Assembly: GCA_036172245.1 (NCBI GenBank)
Contig: JAYWIR010000002.1
Location: 4,650,001-4,714,000, forward strand
Length of the DNA stretch: 64,000 nt
Source: Raillietiella orientalis
Taxonomy: Eukaryota
Direction of reading: 5' to 3'
Below are positions 24,400 through 36,823 of the stretch, piece after piece (positions within the stretch are counted from its first letter, which is position 1; each line of letters begins with the position of its first letter). The notes below the pieces were generated by a model. It made no database searches. It was given only the letters and a program-made list of their open reading frames with translations, and had not been told where the DNA came from. The translations under genes were made by a program, and so were the position numbers.

Positions 24400-27300
24400 T
24401 TGAACGGGCGAGAAGCAGAGGGGATGGACCCATCCGGATGGTACGAGGGGCGGGCCGTTCCGTGCGCGAAGGAAAGAGAGGGGAGAGCTGCGCACTGCGG
24501 AGTTTCCACGGATCCTCAGGTCCTCTGGAGTTATTCGCGTCCCCTTCTGTCGCCCGAGGGGGAGACAAGGAGGAGGTGGCCGGGGACCAGGAAAAAGGCA
24601 GGCTCGTAGGTGCGTCTCGGGGATTTCCCCCACCTACCCGCCCCTGGATGAATGTGTCCCAGTTTCGCCCTCCCACCTATCCTTCATCACCCCCTCTTTT
24701 CACCGGGAAACTCAGGGGATGCTGTGGGAGCACTCTATTGGTCTCCGCCGGGCCTCCGCTTCTTCCCCCCCCCCCTCCCTCCCTTCCGGCCCCTTGGCGC
24801 GCATGCCACGCCCACAGCAGCGGCGGCGGCCTAAAGACCCTTAACCTCCGGTCGGCGTTCTCCTGATCCGGACGAGCGCGTGGGGGAGGAGGAGGAGGAA
24901 GGGGGGGAGACATCCCCACCCACGCTCCGCAAGCTGAGCACCCCTGCAGACGGTCCGCGGAGCAGATGGTGGAGGCGAGGACGCGGCGTGGGTGGGGAAG
25001 ATGGAAGAGATGGAGCGGGGAGCGACGAGTCGCCAGGGGCATGTGTGCGCCTTCTCTCCCAATCGGGGACGGTCCCAGGGATGCGTCCTGGAGGTCGGGG
25101 ACCACTCTCGCGGGGATTGGATTTCCCCTCCCCTCCCCCCCTCGCTGGACGCATCTCCTTGGCGACGAGAAGGGACAGCACGTGAGGCTTATGCGTATAC
25201 TGGAAGGGGGGCGATCGTGTCTCCTTTGGGTGAAGACGGGGGAGGCCGGCGTTCGGCAGGGACCGCTCGCCCGCCTGTGCAGCTCAATGATCCGAATTCC
25301 GTCGCCCCTGGAGACGCCAGAATGCGAGCTGGAAGCCGGTTGGAACTTGGGAGGGGGTAAAGAGTGGAGGAGGGGACCATTTTCGGGGAGAGAGGGAGCG
25401 CCTCATTCTGGATTGCCAGTCGGGGACGAGCAGGCTCCCGGGGGACGATGCTTGAGCGAAGGAGCGGACTCACCGCCGGGGGACGGGGCACCCTCCTTCC
25501 ACTTCTCCTCAGAGAGGAGCATGCGGTGCATGGCCCCAGCCGGCCCTCGGGAGAAATAAGGAACTGGCATTTCGGTGCTCGTCCTACGAAGGAGGTGCGA
25601 ATTCTTACCTCTCGGCAGCCCCTTCTCTCGTGTTTCCCCGGACTGCCGCGTCTCAGGGAGTGGAAGAAGGTCCGATATCCCTGCTGACAATGCTCGTAGA
25701 GATCTCCCTGGGGTCCGTCGTTCGCACGGTGTTCCTCAAGGACAAGGGTCGCGTGGGGAGAAGTCAACCATCCGTCCCCCTGCGCATCCTTAGCCCTATC
25801 TCCCCCCTCGTCCGCGGCAGCATCCCCGACGATCTTGCTAGCTCGCCCGCCGAAACTGACGGGCGCTCCAGGCTATGTCAGCGCGGGCGCGCGCCTTCGC
25901 AGCCCCCCTCCCCCTTGAGGAGGCGCGGTCTCCCGCTGCTCGCACCCCCTGGGCTCCTCGTCTTGTCGAACAATGGCGGAACCTCTGGGGCCGACGTGCC
26001 GCTCCTTCTCGGCCCTTCCCCGTCCGAATTCGCTCCGCTCCACCTCCGAAAGAGCGGACAGCATTCCGACCTCGCGGTCTCCCGGGAGTCTCCCTCTCGG
26101 AGGAGCTCGCCTTGCAGCCCGCCGTCGCCCCCCCCCCCTACCCCTGCCCACCCCAAACTCCGCCTCGGGAACGAACGCATATGGCTTTGTTCCCCGCTCC
26201 ATTCCGGGTTCCCGTGCCAGTGAGGGTGGACTGCCTTCCATTCCCCTTCACCTTCCCTCCCGCAGGGTCTGCACGAAGAGTGACCCGATGCTCCCCCCTC
26301 CGCCTGGTATGACGCGGCGTCTCGAGCCTTTCTCCCAGGAAGAAGAACGCGTGAGGAGAATCTCCTAGCAACGGCGTGCACGGATGCACAGATCCCGTCG
26401 CGATCCTTCCATCCGGATTCCAGGGAAGCGGACTCAGCGAAAGCGTCCGAAAAACCGACAGCATCCTCCCGAGCACATGTCATCTCGGGGTGCACTGGGG
26501 GGAGGGGACAAAGGGAGCTCGGGTGAGCGCTCCCTGCTACCGGCAGGCGCCAAAAGAGGAGGTCTTTCTTCTTTGGAAATCGCAGTCCGCCCTCTCCTGC
26601 CCTCTCCTTCCTTGGTTGCATCCCTGCGTCGGCGCGGCCCTCCCAGGTCTCTTGACTCGCCCTGCGCCACCATCGCCGGGTGGTGGGCGACTCCTCGGAT
26701 CTCGAAAGAGATGCCGGAGCAGACGACGGGGTGCGTGACGCCCAATGACCCAGGTCCCTTCCCGTCCGCGGAGAACCGAGGGTCTCTCGCTGATCTCGGA
26801 GGGCGAAAGGCAGCAGAAGGAGCTGGCAGTTTTCTTACGCCGGCAGTCATTGCTGACCACGCCGCGCGCGCACGCTGGGCGGTCCGTTCGCGTACAGGAG
26901 TGGGAAGCAACAGCCAGACAGGGACACGGCAGGACCTTCGCGCACCTGGAAGGAAGTCCTTTCGTGAGCTTGGAAGAGATCTGCCACTCCGGGACGCATG
27001 CTTGACTCGTGCAGGACTCCCGAGAAAAAAAGCTCCAGGCTCGGCTTGCAGGGAGTTATCTTCCGAAGTAGTTCTTAGACTTTCCTTGGTTGGGATCAAC
27101 TGGAGCCAGACGTCGTGTTGGCAGGAAAGGATCCCCACCGTCCGTGGCAGGAGGGTCCCAAAGCGTGGAGAGATGGTCGGTCAGAGAACCGCTGGGGAAA
27201 CTGAAGACGAGAAATCCGCCAAGGCGGCGCGCTCGCTTTCTCGCGAGCCCTTCCCCTTCCTCCCTTCCTCCTCCCTTCCTCCCTCCCCAGAAAGAAGAGC
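24400..27300 (+). mobile_element. Decayed BEL/Pao pol remnant
   Basis: Scattered degenerate motifs in the expected order: PSGW..G (protease-adjacent region), ISLLTMLVEISLG (RT region), GINW...PPSVAGGSQSVERWSV (cf. GI.W.F.PP.APW.GG..ER, integrase). Confidence 0.35.
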
Positions 27301-28234
27301 GCGCTGCCCTACAAAAGCAGGAAGCGACGAAGGCACGCCCGCCGGCCTTCGCGCGCCGCGCCGCAGTAGCCGCCGGAACCGCGAAGCTCAGCGCAACCTG
27401 GGCCGGGCTCGTCCGGGTGCGCGCGTAGCCAGGACGCGAGGCGGCCGATCAAGGGCCGAGTCGCCCGAGGGCAGGAGTTCCAGGAAGCCGCGATGCCGTT
27501 TTTCGAGCGATGACGAACGAGCGGGTGAGCTCGCGATGTGGGAGAGCATCCTCAGGGAGCGGTCGAGGAGAACGCCGGTGTCGCGAGCAACGCCTTCGGG
27601 GCAAAATTAAAAGGCGGCGGCAAGCGTCGAAGGGAACTTTTTTTCTCTTTTCTCTTTCCTCGTTCTCTCCCCCCCCCTCCCCCTAATTTTTCCGTGCTAG
27701 CAGAGAAGGAGAACGACTCTCCCAGCCTTGTCAGAACGATTTCCCCGAAATCGGAATTCCCTTGCTTATTTCAGGCGCGACTCCCTCTGCAACTGCCGTG
27801 AGGCTGCAGGTGCTTTTGCGTAGCGCAGAAGTCCCACGCTGGTGAAAGCAGACGATGCTGCGCACATGGAGCACCTAATTGCACAGACAGTATCGTTTTG
27901 CATGTGATTCAGGCGAACTCCTGGGGCTATCAGTACAATGTGGACTCCTGCAAAGTTGCATCTCGATTCGCTTGGAGTCGAAGTTCCGTCAGCTCACACT
28001 ATAGCAAAGGATGTTCTCTCTCTGGCACCTGGATTCGTGGTTGTTTTGTTCAATTAAATGATGGTGCTCAAGGAACTGACTTTCTGTTGCGATCAGTTAA
28101 TTTGCTTATCTGATGGGGAATGCGAAGTACAAACACTCTGCGATACTTCCGTATGCAAACCTATGTACAGTAACTGAAACAGTGAAATATGGCAAAGAGA
28201 AGCAAACAGTATGCAACTGTTGACAGTGCAAATT

Positions 28235-28347
28235 GAAGTAAACAATGAGAAACCGTGCTAACAATGCAAATCGAAGTAAACAATGAGAAACCGTGCTAAC
28301 AATGCAAATCGAAGTAAACAATGAGAAACCGTGCTAACAATGCAAAT
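28235..28347. repeat. 38-bp tandem repeat x3 in the presumed intron upstream of the RASSF exon
   Basis: Unit GAAGTAAACAATGAGAAACCGTGCTAACAATGCAAATC at 28235, 28273 and 28311, with no spacers. Confidence 0.95.
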
Positions 28348-28466
28348 TCAAATGCACATTCTGTGAACTAAAACAGCGCTTAGATGCAAACTACATCTCT
28401 CCCTTTTTTCTTTTTTTTTTCAGATGAAAAACAAATCTCTCGTGTCTTAGGACTCTGCTTTTGCCG

Positions 28467-29777
28467 ATGGAGATTCCAATTGTAGTCGGGAGAGCTCAGA
28501 AATGGGTTTCCGGCATCCACAGGAAAACTACGTGTGCGGATGTCGTGCGCGCTCTGGTGCTGTCAGAATTCCCAAGCGAGCGGGGCGAGCTCTCGAGCTT
28601 CAGCCTAGTGGAAAAGTGGAACGACGTGGAAAATCCCCTCCATCCCGACGCCCGACTTCTGAAGATATGGCAGACGTGGGGAGTCCACAAAAAGGACGTG
28701 GTCTTCTTCCTCAGGAAACTGTACCCTCCCGCATCCGTTGCGGATGCTGCAAAGCTCCCCAAATCGCGCAGGCACAACCGTGAATTCGCTCCTCGGCACC
28801 CTTCCGAGTCTTTGCCTGGAAGAACTAGATCAGAGGGTGAATCCGTATCCGAGGAACTCCTACGCGTCATCATCTCCCAGGGAGAGACAATACAGATGCA
28901 GCTGCAAAAGCTCCATGAGAGGCAGAAGGAGATCGAGATCCTTGAGGAGAAGGCGCATAAAGTGCGTCAGAAAGAAGATGGTACCAACTACCTCATCGAG
29001 TCCTACCTCGGGGACCCGGAAGGTGAGCAGAGCAACGACAGCGGTATAGCCATGGATCTCTCCGATGAGACCTTGGCAAAGAGCAGCAGCAGGACCCCAC
29101 CCAGTGCCGAGACTGACCTGACTTTGCGAAGCAGCATAATCCCAAGGAACGGTGACATTTCTGACTGCTCCCCCCAAGCCTCCCTGGAAACCACGAGGGA
29201 AGGCGTGCGCCTCCTAGAGAAACTTTTAGTCACCTACGGCAAGCTGGAGACTTGCGAGCTTGCCTTGTCCAAGCTGACTGTCGATCTCACACGTCTGCGA
29301 GACCCCATGTGCCCTTCGAACAAGGGCAGTTTTGCAGAGACCGCCCGCGTAGACTCGACGCGGCTCGGAGAGGTCTGGTCGATGGTGGACGCTCGTCTGG
29401 AGCTGACTGCAACCAGAGCTGAGATGGAGAGAGCCCTAGCCATCAGCGTGTCCAACACCCTGGAGAGCCAGAAGATGAAAGAGAACCTGGAGGAGTTGGA
29501 CGAGATCCTGGAAAGGAAACGGAACTTCGCGACGGAGCTCGAAAAGGAAGTCGAAGCTTTCGATCGCTCTGTGGCCCTGAGGGCTTCTCCCGGCGAAAGA
29601 GAATCGTCCTTGGCCCGCGAGGATACCTCCAAGTCGGAGCAGCGGAGGAACCTCCGTGTGACCTTCTGCGAGAGCAAGGAAGTCTTCGGGGATAGCGACT
29701 CCAACTCTGACACAGGGCTGAGCTCACTTCACAGCAGCAACGACGACGCCAACTACGTCTTGGACACTCTGGTGTGA
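28467..29777 (+). CDS. RASSF10: Ras association domain-containing protein, N-terminal RASSF family (RASSF9/10-like), 436 aa, one coding exon
   Basis: N-terminal RA domain (MEIPIVVGRAQKWVSGIHRKTTCADVVRALV...SLVEKWNDVENPLHPDARLLKIWQTWG...VVFFLRK), coiled-coil stretches and a RASSF10-type tail DSDSNSDTGLSSLHSS...DTLV. Polypyrimidine tract plus CAG acceptor at 28398-28423. Assignment between RASSF9 and RASSF10 is not certain. Confidence 0.92.
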   Translation: MEIPIVVGRAQKWVSGIHRKTTCADVVRALVLSEFPSERGELSSFSLVEKWNDVENPLHPDARLLKIWQTWGVHKKDVVFFLRKLYPPASVADAAKLPKSRRHNREFAPRHPSESLPGRTRSEGESVSEELLRVIISQGETIQMQLQKLHERQKEIEILEEKAHKVRQKEDGTNYLIESYLGDPEGEQSNDSGIAMDLSDETLAKSSSRTPPSAETDLTLRSSIIPRNGDISDCSPQASLETTREGVRLLEKLLVTYGKLETCELALSKLTVDLTRLRDPMCPSNKGSFAETARVDSTRLGEVWSMVDARLELTATRAEMERALAISVSNTLESQKMKENLEELDEILERKRNFATELEKEVEAFDRSVALRASPGERESSLAREDTSKSEQRRNLRVTFCESKEVFGDSDSNSDTGLSSLHSSNDDANYVLDTLV

Positions 29778-29838
29778 GGGGCGTCCTATGAGGTTTTTTT
29801 TTTACAATGTACCTGCCATTTCACTAACTCAGGCTTGC

Positions 29839-29844
29839 AATAAA
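29839..29844 (+). terminator. Candidate polyadenylation signal
   Basis: AATAAA about 60 nt after the RASSF stop codon. Confidence 0.35.
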
Positions 29845-32800
29845 GCTTTAGAATCATCCACTCCGTTCCTGGGTTGCTGCGACAACGAGCGCGTTTCCGT
29901 GAGAAGAAAGTGCCGTACCCGGGCCCCTTCTAATCTGCTGTTCCGGACATCACCCGTGAAATGTTGCGCCTCGTCCGTGTTCCTCTCCTCGACTGCCTGC
30001 GGCTGGATCAGAAAAGTGCTTCTGTTCCTGTCCTCGTGAGACTGGTGGTGTGGCTGCATGCAGAAGCAGTCTTTTTTTTTTTTTTCTTTTTTTCTTTTTT
30101 TCGCTCGAGGGAATCTCACAGGCCCAGAGCATCCATTGGCAGTCAGGATAACAGATAAAGCAATTCCAGCCGAAAGCAAAGAATCCAGATGCTCAGATCG
30201 AACGACGCGGTTCCCATGGCCACTTGCCGGATCCCAAGCAGCTGAGCACTGTCCCGGGCGGAAGTTGAGTGGAAAGCAGGAGGAGCAAGGCAGGCAGCAG
30301 CTGGCTGTCCGGTGCTCCCGCTGCTTCCATTCTGCTGTTATCGCATCCTGAAGTTTGAACTCTGAGCGTCAAAGAAACAGACATTTACGCTGGGTGGACA
30401 CTGGAAGACCTCTGCTTTGGAAACTTGCTCCTAAAGAGATCCACGTCTCCATATTACGTAATATATCCATCTCTCCAGACGATGGGAGAAGGAGGAAGGG
30501 AGGGGGAAAAAAAAAAATGACATTTCTGCAGACCGAGCGTTGATCAGCCTTCGCGAGACGACCGAGATCTCCCGGCAACGAGAATCCTCAATGATTTTGA
30601 CGTCTGAATAAAAAATGAATTTATTTCACTCCGAGATAAAAAAGAAGCCACACCCTCAAATTAGCATAGCGTTGAATCGGAACACACACTGTTTTCTTTC
30701 TGCTCCTCGGAGACAGGAAATGCCGCCGGATCGACAATTGCTGATCAAGACGAGAAGCAGCAAGATTAATCGCAGGCAGACGACAGAAGAACCTGCTGCC
30801 GTCCGACCGAGCTCATGGAAGCTGAGTGGGAAAAAAACAACACGGAACAGCAGCTCACCGCAGGAACAGCTGACTAATTAAAAGTTTCCAGACTTCGGCT
30901 CCGCCAGCAAGGATTCATCGTTTTCGGTTTCGCAGGAAGAGGCGCAGCATGCTGTCTGCACCCGAAGCTGATGGGAACTGGCTTTTGACCGCCGCCAGAA
31001 CGGATGAATAAATGTGCCTTTTTGCCCCCTCCGCAATGCTCTTAGCGGACCGGGTGAGGGCACAGGACGAATGGAAGGACGGGATTTGCCGACCGCCAGC
31101 GTGTGAAACGGCCATGCAAGAACGAAGCCACTTGGCTTCCTCCGTGAAGAGCAGAAAGCCATCCTTTCTCCCTCCCTGCACTCTCGCAACGGATCGTCGT
31201 GGAAGATGTAGCAGTGGAGGAGAGCGCGGGTTCCAACGCCGAACGTCTCTGGATCGAGGCTTGCATGCACCTCTTTTGCTCAAGCTAAAAGGACTGTATT
31301 CTTCCAAGAGCTCTCCACTGCTTGTGGAGGGTGGAGGTGGAGGGAGCAGCGAGTCTTGTAAGGGATGGGGGGGGAGGGGGAAGAGGAGGCAGAGTGGGAA
31401 AAGGCGGAAAGCGAAAGCGTTCTTGAAGGCTGCAGGTGCCTTGGACCTGTTTCCCTTAGTTTCAGCGCATGCGACTTGGTACTCAGGGGAGAAACAACAG
31501 CTTGCCGACACATGATGAACGGAGATTTGATTTTCCTCCCTTATCATCTGTAACATCGTGCACATCTTCTCCGGAACGCTGACACTGTCCACCCTCAGAC
31601 GAGTGCTTCATCTTGCCCAGAGAAACGCTCGCTCCTCTTTCGTAACTTTCCGCAGTCGTGGGTTGCAACGCATGCGCCGCCGTTGTTTGCTTAAGAGTGG
31701 AAAATGCATTCTCTTCAAGTTTACCCAGTCAAGTACTCTTCAGAGTTGCCAAGTTGTTTCATTCCGCATGGTATGCCCCCACTCCCCTCCCCCTACCTTC
31801 GGTGAGATTTCCATCCCCACATCCCTCCTTAAACCGTCCACTGAATTCTGGATGCAGTGCGAAGAACGACCGCTTGAACTTGAGTTTCGGATGGATCTGT
31901 CAGAGTGACGAAGACGTTCCTGGAGTTGGTTCGAACCCATGGTGGAACCCTTCAAGTTAAATGGCGGGCATCTCATTGTTTCGGAGAGAGGGCTGGAAAA
32001 CCTGATCTCGAATTTGCCATCAGAAGTTTCCCTGTTTCATCATCAAGCCCTTCTCGCAGGTAAGCTGCAGGAAGCTCATCTTGAGTCATCGTCGATTTCA
32101 GAGAAACACGGCAGCTTCCGTACCATGCAGAGCTCGGCTCCTCTGCGGAAAACATGAAACACGCTCATGTCCCTTCCTCCGTATGTTGAGACAGCGGTTG
32201 ATATTGCGGACGCATCTGGGTTCCCTGCAAAGGAACTTCCCAGTAAAATGAAGATCTTCTTCGAGAGGCTTGGCCGATCGTGAAGAACGAAGACTGATCG
32301 TTCGATTTGCGTTTGACGAAATCCTGCCAGAAGCCCAATCCCAACAGACCCCATTCTCTTTAACCCCCTCGCTTAGTCAGCTTTGGTGTCACCTATTGTA
32401 TTCATCCCTGGAAACACGTCGGGGGTCTGAGCGGCACCTTTTGGCTACAGCAGCCATGAAAATCGGTGGGCAGCCCCTCCCTTGATTTTGCAATGTACCC
32501 CCTGAACTCACAAATAAAGCATAAGCAGCTGCGAACGCAACGGCTGTTGTCGGAGCCAAGTAATCTGTTTAGCGAATGGACCATTGTGTGCCAAGACTGG
32601 CTCCTGACGAAGAATTGCTTTTTTTTTCTTTTTTCCTTTTTGGCATTCCATGCGTTTATCACCCACGGCTCTGCTGCCATCAAGCAGTGAATCAACAAAC
32701 TTCACCGTGGACGACGGCCGGCATTCTCAATCGTCTTGCAGAACATGCACTTCCTGCACGGAAAGTTCCGTCCGGGCATTCCGAGGGAAGGATTGCGCGG

Positions 32801-33115
32801 AGGTGTTTTTCCTAAGCGTGGGTGCAATGAATGACAGCTCCCATTTCTTGTTCCGCATCTGTACGAGACAGATTGTTACACGGGAGTCCCTGTGCCGACT
32901 CGAAGCTCTTTATTGCCTTTAGGAACAATTCTAAATGGAGTCAGCCATTGAAGTGCGAGATCCTGTGACCTCTTGAAACAGCTAAGAGGAATCTTACGGG
33001 AAAGAATGAGCAATTGTTATGTTCATTGCTTAGCAAATCGATTGAGTGAACTGCCTCTAGTAACACGCCTCCCATCCATAAATTTCATCTTGATTGGAAG
33101 CATCTCCTAAGCCAG

Positions 33116-34250
33116 CTAAGAGATGTCAAACGAACTGTTCCACGTCAGTTTAGGGAGGACGGAAAAGTTTCGATTCGTCAAAGATTGAATAAAGCAAGGA
33201 TGGACTTCGTGCAGCAGCGTTACATGAAGAAAGCAGCTTGTTCCAGCCACAAACTTGCCATGGAAACGATAAGCTTTCGGTAAAACACTGACGTTGTGTT
33301 TCCTCTGAAGGTTCCTCACTTCCAGAATCATCTCATCTGCACTACCACTTTGTGATACCTGTCCTTGAAAAAACTGACTTTTCAGTCCTTCAAAATTCTC
33401 ATTAGCTTGTTAAAGCCATATTCCTCTTCGAACTGAAGCCGATTTTCAAAGGGTGCAGAAGGACTTGCAGATGCCCCATGAGCACGACCATGTGTAGCGT
33501 TTTTCCCAACGCGCACATATCGCACTGATCCACGCTGGCCCTCTGCAGATTCGCTGAGAGCATTTTTTCCCCTTCTCGTCTCCATCATTTGGACCTGCGT
33601 GTACTGATTCATGAAGCATTGAAGATTTACAATGTACACGTGATCCAGATCCAATAGCAGGAAGGGAAATGCCCATTGATGTGCTATGTCTTTCAATCCA
33701 CCTCTGGTTGTCAAGCTATGCCCCACGCCTTCACCAGAAGTCAAATCAGAAACATCTCCCACTGGCACAGAGTTATGGGCAGCCTTTGCTCCTAATGCTG
33801 TTGGCGTCCCAGGTTTCTGGAACTGGGACATCCATAGCTCAAAGGTGTGGGAAGAAGATTGATTCCACCTGGAGGATCAAAATTTTTGCTTTCCATCATG
33901 TAGTGCCTGGATAAATTCCCGTCACCTGGTGGAACTGATTTCTGAACAATTACAGTATCATTCAATAAATTCACATCTCACCTGAACGGAAGTTTCACCG
34001 ACGATGTGCAGAACACAAGGCGACAAGCCACGGAAACGATTCCCTGGAGATTGAAGCAGCATGCACCTTCCATGGTCATGGCAACAGATGCAAAGAGAAA
34101 CATCTGCTGCAAGGGTTGAAACTGATAACAGATCCTTGAGAATAAAAGGAAGAGGGGTGAATCTTGCTAGTGAAAGAACTTGTGTGTTTCTGAAACTCTT
34201 GGCACGAGATTTCAATTTCGCACCATCTTTTTTCGGAAGGTGGGATACCC
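33116..34250 (-). pseudogene. Decayed Chapaev/Transib(RAG1)-related DDE transposase remnant with a PHD-like insert
   Basis: Ordered degenerate motifs: GIPPSEK; VSLCICCHDHGRC (34063-34077); LGAKAAHN..CQW; PFLLLDLDHVYIVNL (33637-33666); W-QCDMC..LH (33513-33527); LQRKHNV..KAYRFHGKFVAG. Matched from memory of the family, not from a search. Confidence 0.45.
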
Positions 34251-34359
34251 TGCGTGCAGTCAGTAAGCAGCCTGTCGGCTGAGGTCGAGTTCTCTTCTGC
34301 CAGAATCAGAACTCTTTGGATGCAGAAGTGATCTGCGTGGGGCGTGGGAATCATAATCA

Positions 34360-35420
34360 GAGCACACGAGTTTGTTCGTTAGCAAGACAATCTGTGGATG
34401 CATAGATAGCTTCCAAGGAAGCGACTCCCCGTGACCTGCTGTTGTTGCAATGACCGGGACAGGTGGTGACGCAAAATTTCAGCAAGCGTGCAGCCGACCT
34501 TGAAAACAGGGTGTACAGTAATTTCCGATAGTCCAGGAGGTGGGAGATAGGGCTGAATCCGAACGGGAAACGGACCGCAAAGTGGATGGCGCGTTCCTGT
34601 CCTTCTCGGCACTTCTCTTTCGTCGGCACTCCAGGTAGCCACGATCCCGTGTAGGCAGCAAAGAGCTGCCAGGGACGCGGCTGCCGGTGGGGCATCGCGT
34701 ACAAAGAGGCATTTCGAAACGTCTCTGGGGTTGCCGTCGGGGGGGGAGGGGGGGAGTTCGCAGGGCCATGGCAAAACGTTCCCACAGGGACCAGTGGGCA
34801 GCACGATCCACAAGCAGACGAGGGAGGGATTTCCTGTCTCCGCATATGCTACGGTTCGTGCTCACACTCTCCAGTGTCCAGTAATGTCGGCGGGGGTTGC
34901 ACATAAGTTCCCAGTGCAGCAGCAGAAGCGCCTATTCCTGTCACTTCAGCGGGCGTGTGTGAGTGTTCCGGAGCACCGGGAGCTGCTAGAGGTTTCCAGG
35001 TGGCATTGCAAGCAGTGCGCCTCCTCGTAAAAGTCCTTTCCGTGGGGACACTTGGGGTCGCAGCGTCCGCAAGCTGACCCATGGTCCGACCATCTAAATC
35101 ATTTCTTCTGGAGTGGATCTCACGTGAGGCTTCCCACCGGTAGCCAGTAGATTGCCACCAAGTGCATCCTCAGCGAGGGCAAGGATTCTGAGGAACAGAC
35201 GTACAGGCGGAGACGATACCGCGACCGACACTTTTCGGGCAGACTATTCCTCCCACCTCCTCTCTCGCGGAGCAGGATTGCTGCTGACAGAAGGAAAGGC
35301 TGAATACAGCGCTTCTTGGAGTGTGGGGATTTGCTGGCCGGTCCGAATCATTCCCGAACGCCGGCTCCCGCTTCTGGCCGTCCAGAAAGACCGATTGGAG
35401 TGATCGGAAGTGCCCCAAGG
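34360..35420 (-). mobile_element. Tx1/L1-clade LINE 3' fragment, older and diverged
   Basis: GQLADAATPSVP, FLDGQKREPAF and a frameshifted zf-RVT (CCTCGTCTGCTTGTGGATCGTGC), homologous to 5400-6250. Confidence 0.75.
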
Positions 35421-35504
35421 AGACACAGTCATCCTACAGTGTGGAAGGACATGGAGGAAGAATGCAAATGCAGGACTCGAGGAGGGTTACCAACGACCCC
35501 GTCC

Positions 35505-35613
35505 GAAGAAGGAAGGATCGAAGCTAGAAATGAGGGGTGAGTCGTGGGGTGTCGAGTTCTCCCCCCAGGATGACGCTGGTTAGCCGACAGACCTCGGGTG
35601 CGATGGCACTGGT
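35505..35613 (+). repeat. RepA 5' part (copy c), ending at the target duplication
   Basis: GAAGGATCG..AGAAATGAGGG..CGAGT..CAGGATGACGCTGGTT matches copies a, b and e. Ends in GGCACTGGT at 35605-35613. Confidence 0.75.
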
Positions 35614-36823
35614 TGACACTGGTCGGGGTGTTTATTTTTAAAACATACACCTCTGTGACAGGACATTTGATCCTGCCATGTTACTTATAACTACGAGAAG
35701 GAATCTGCCGGGAACTGGCACTCAGACCAGCGGGTTCGCCTCGGCAGCACAGGGAAAGGAGAGACAAACAAAAAGAAAAAAAGCATAAAACAAAAAACAT
35801 AAACCGGAGGAGTAGGGAAGGAATCCCTGTGAGCTGGATGGTGTCCTCTGCATCCTTGTAAAGATGCCAGAAAGTTCCTGTTTTATGGTTCCCAGATGGG
35901 GCCATCTTGACGCTGTCCTCATGTAGAGGACAGCAAAATGGATGGCGTCCCTGTCATTCTGGCCTCTGGCGCTGCTCCATGCGGCCAAGAGTCCCCAAAG
36001 GGGTCGGAAGGCAACACAGTCTACCAGGAGGTGCAAGAAGGACTCCTGCTCCCCGCACAGTGCACAGTTTGGGTTCACACACCCCCGTGTCCAAAGATGC
36101 CGGCAGGCGTTGCACGCGAGGCCCCAATGCAGTATCATGAACGCCGACTCCTGCCATTTTAAAGGAAGGGTGCGGGTGTCAGGAGCACCAGGGGCCATTG
36201 CAGGTCTTCCTCCAGAATACCCAGTAGCACGACCCAGAGCAAAAGTCAACGAGGCCGAACACTCGGGGTCGCAGCATCAGTGAGCTGGCCCGTCATCCAC
36301 TCGCCCAGTCCTCTTCTCCTTCCGGAGATTTCTACAGTAACCTCTCATCGAGCGGTGAGGCTGCTGCCCATATGCTGCCTAAGGAAGGGTAGCGCAGAGG
36401 CGAAGGAGGTTCCTTTGCCCGTGCACTCTTCGCGGGATCTTCCAGGATCTCCCGGAGCGTGAAGTTGTTGTTGAGCGCGCACAAGAAACCTCGCCCCTGT
36501 TCCGCTTTGGCTTCTGGATCCTCGTCCACATGCGGGCGGTTTCCTGCAATCAGGCACTACCGTTCATGGGCCGGCACGACATCCATCCGTTTTTTTTCGC
36601 CAGTGTGGCCACCTGCCGCAGGTGCAGTCCGCCGTGGATGAGACTGCATGGACGGCGCGCAAGGAAAGACGCGAACCCCATGCTGCCGGTGGCTTGCTGG
36701 ACGAGAAGATGTGCAGGTTGGCACCAGGTGGTGCTCCAGAGATTTCCCAAGAGGGCAAGGGTTCGAAACTGGAGCTGCAGCTCCATTCGCTCCCGCGTCA
36801 GAAGGCCTAGGCCGCCGTCCCGG
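35614..36823 (-). mobile_element. Family A LINE, 5'-truncated second copy
   Basis: 35663-36823 is the near-exact reverse complement of 5306-6466 (identical ORF translations). AATAAA on the minus strand at 35631-35636. Flanked by GGCACTGGT on both sides. Confidence 0.93.

Noticed and set aside
26384-27610. 408-aa plus-strand ORF as an intact gene
   Set aside because: Only scattered BEL/Pao-like remnants in different frames; a GC artefact.
28235-28347. CRISPR-like 38-bp repeats
   Set aside because: The units are head-to-tail with no spacers, there are no cas genes and the context is eukaryotic; this is a simple minisatellite.
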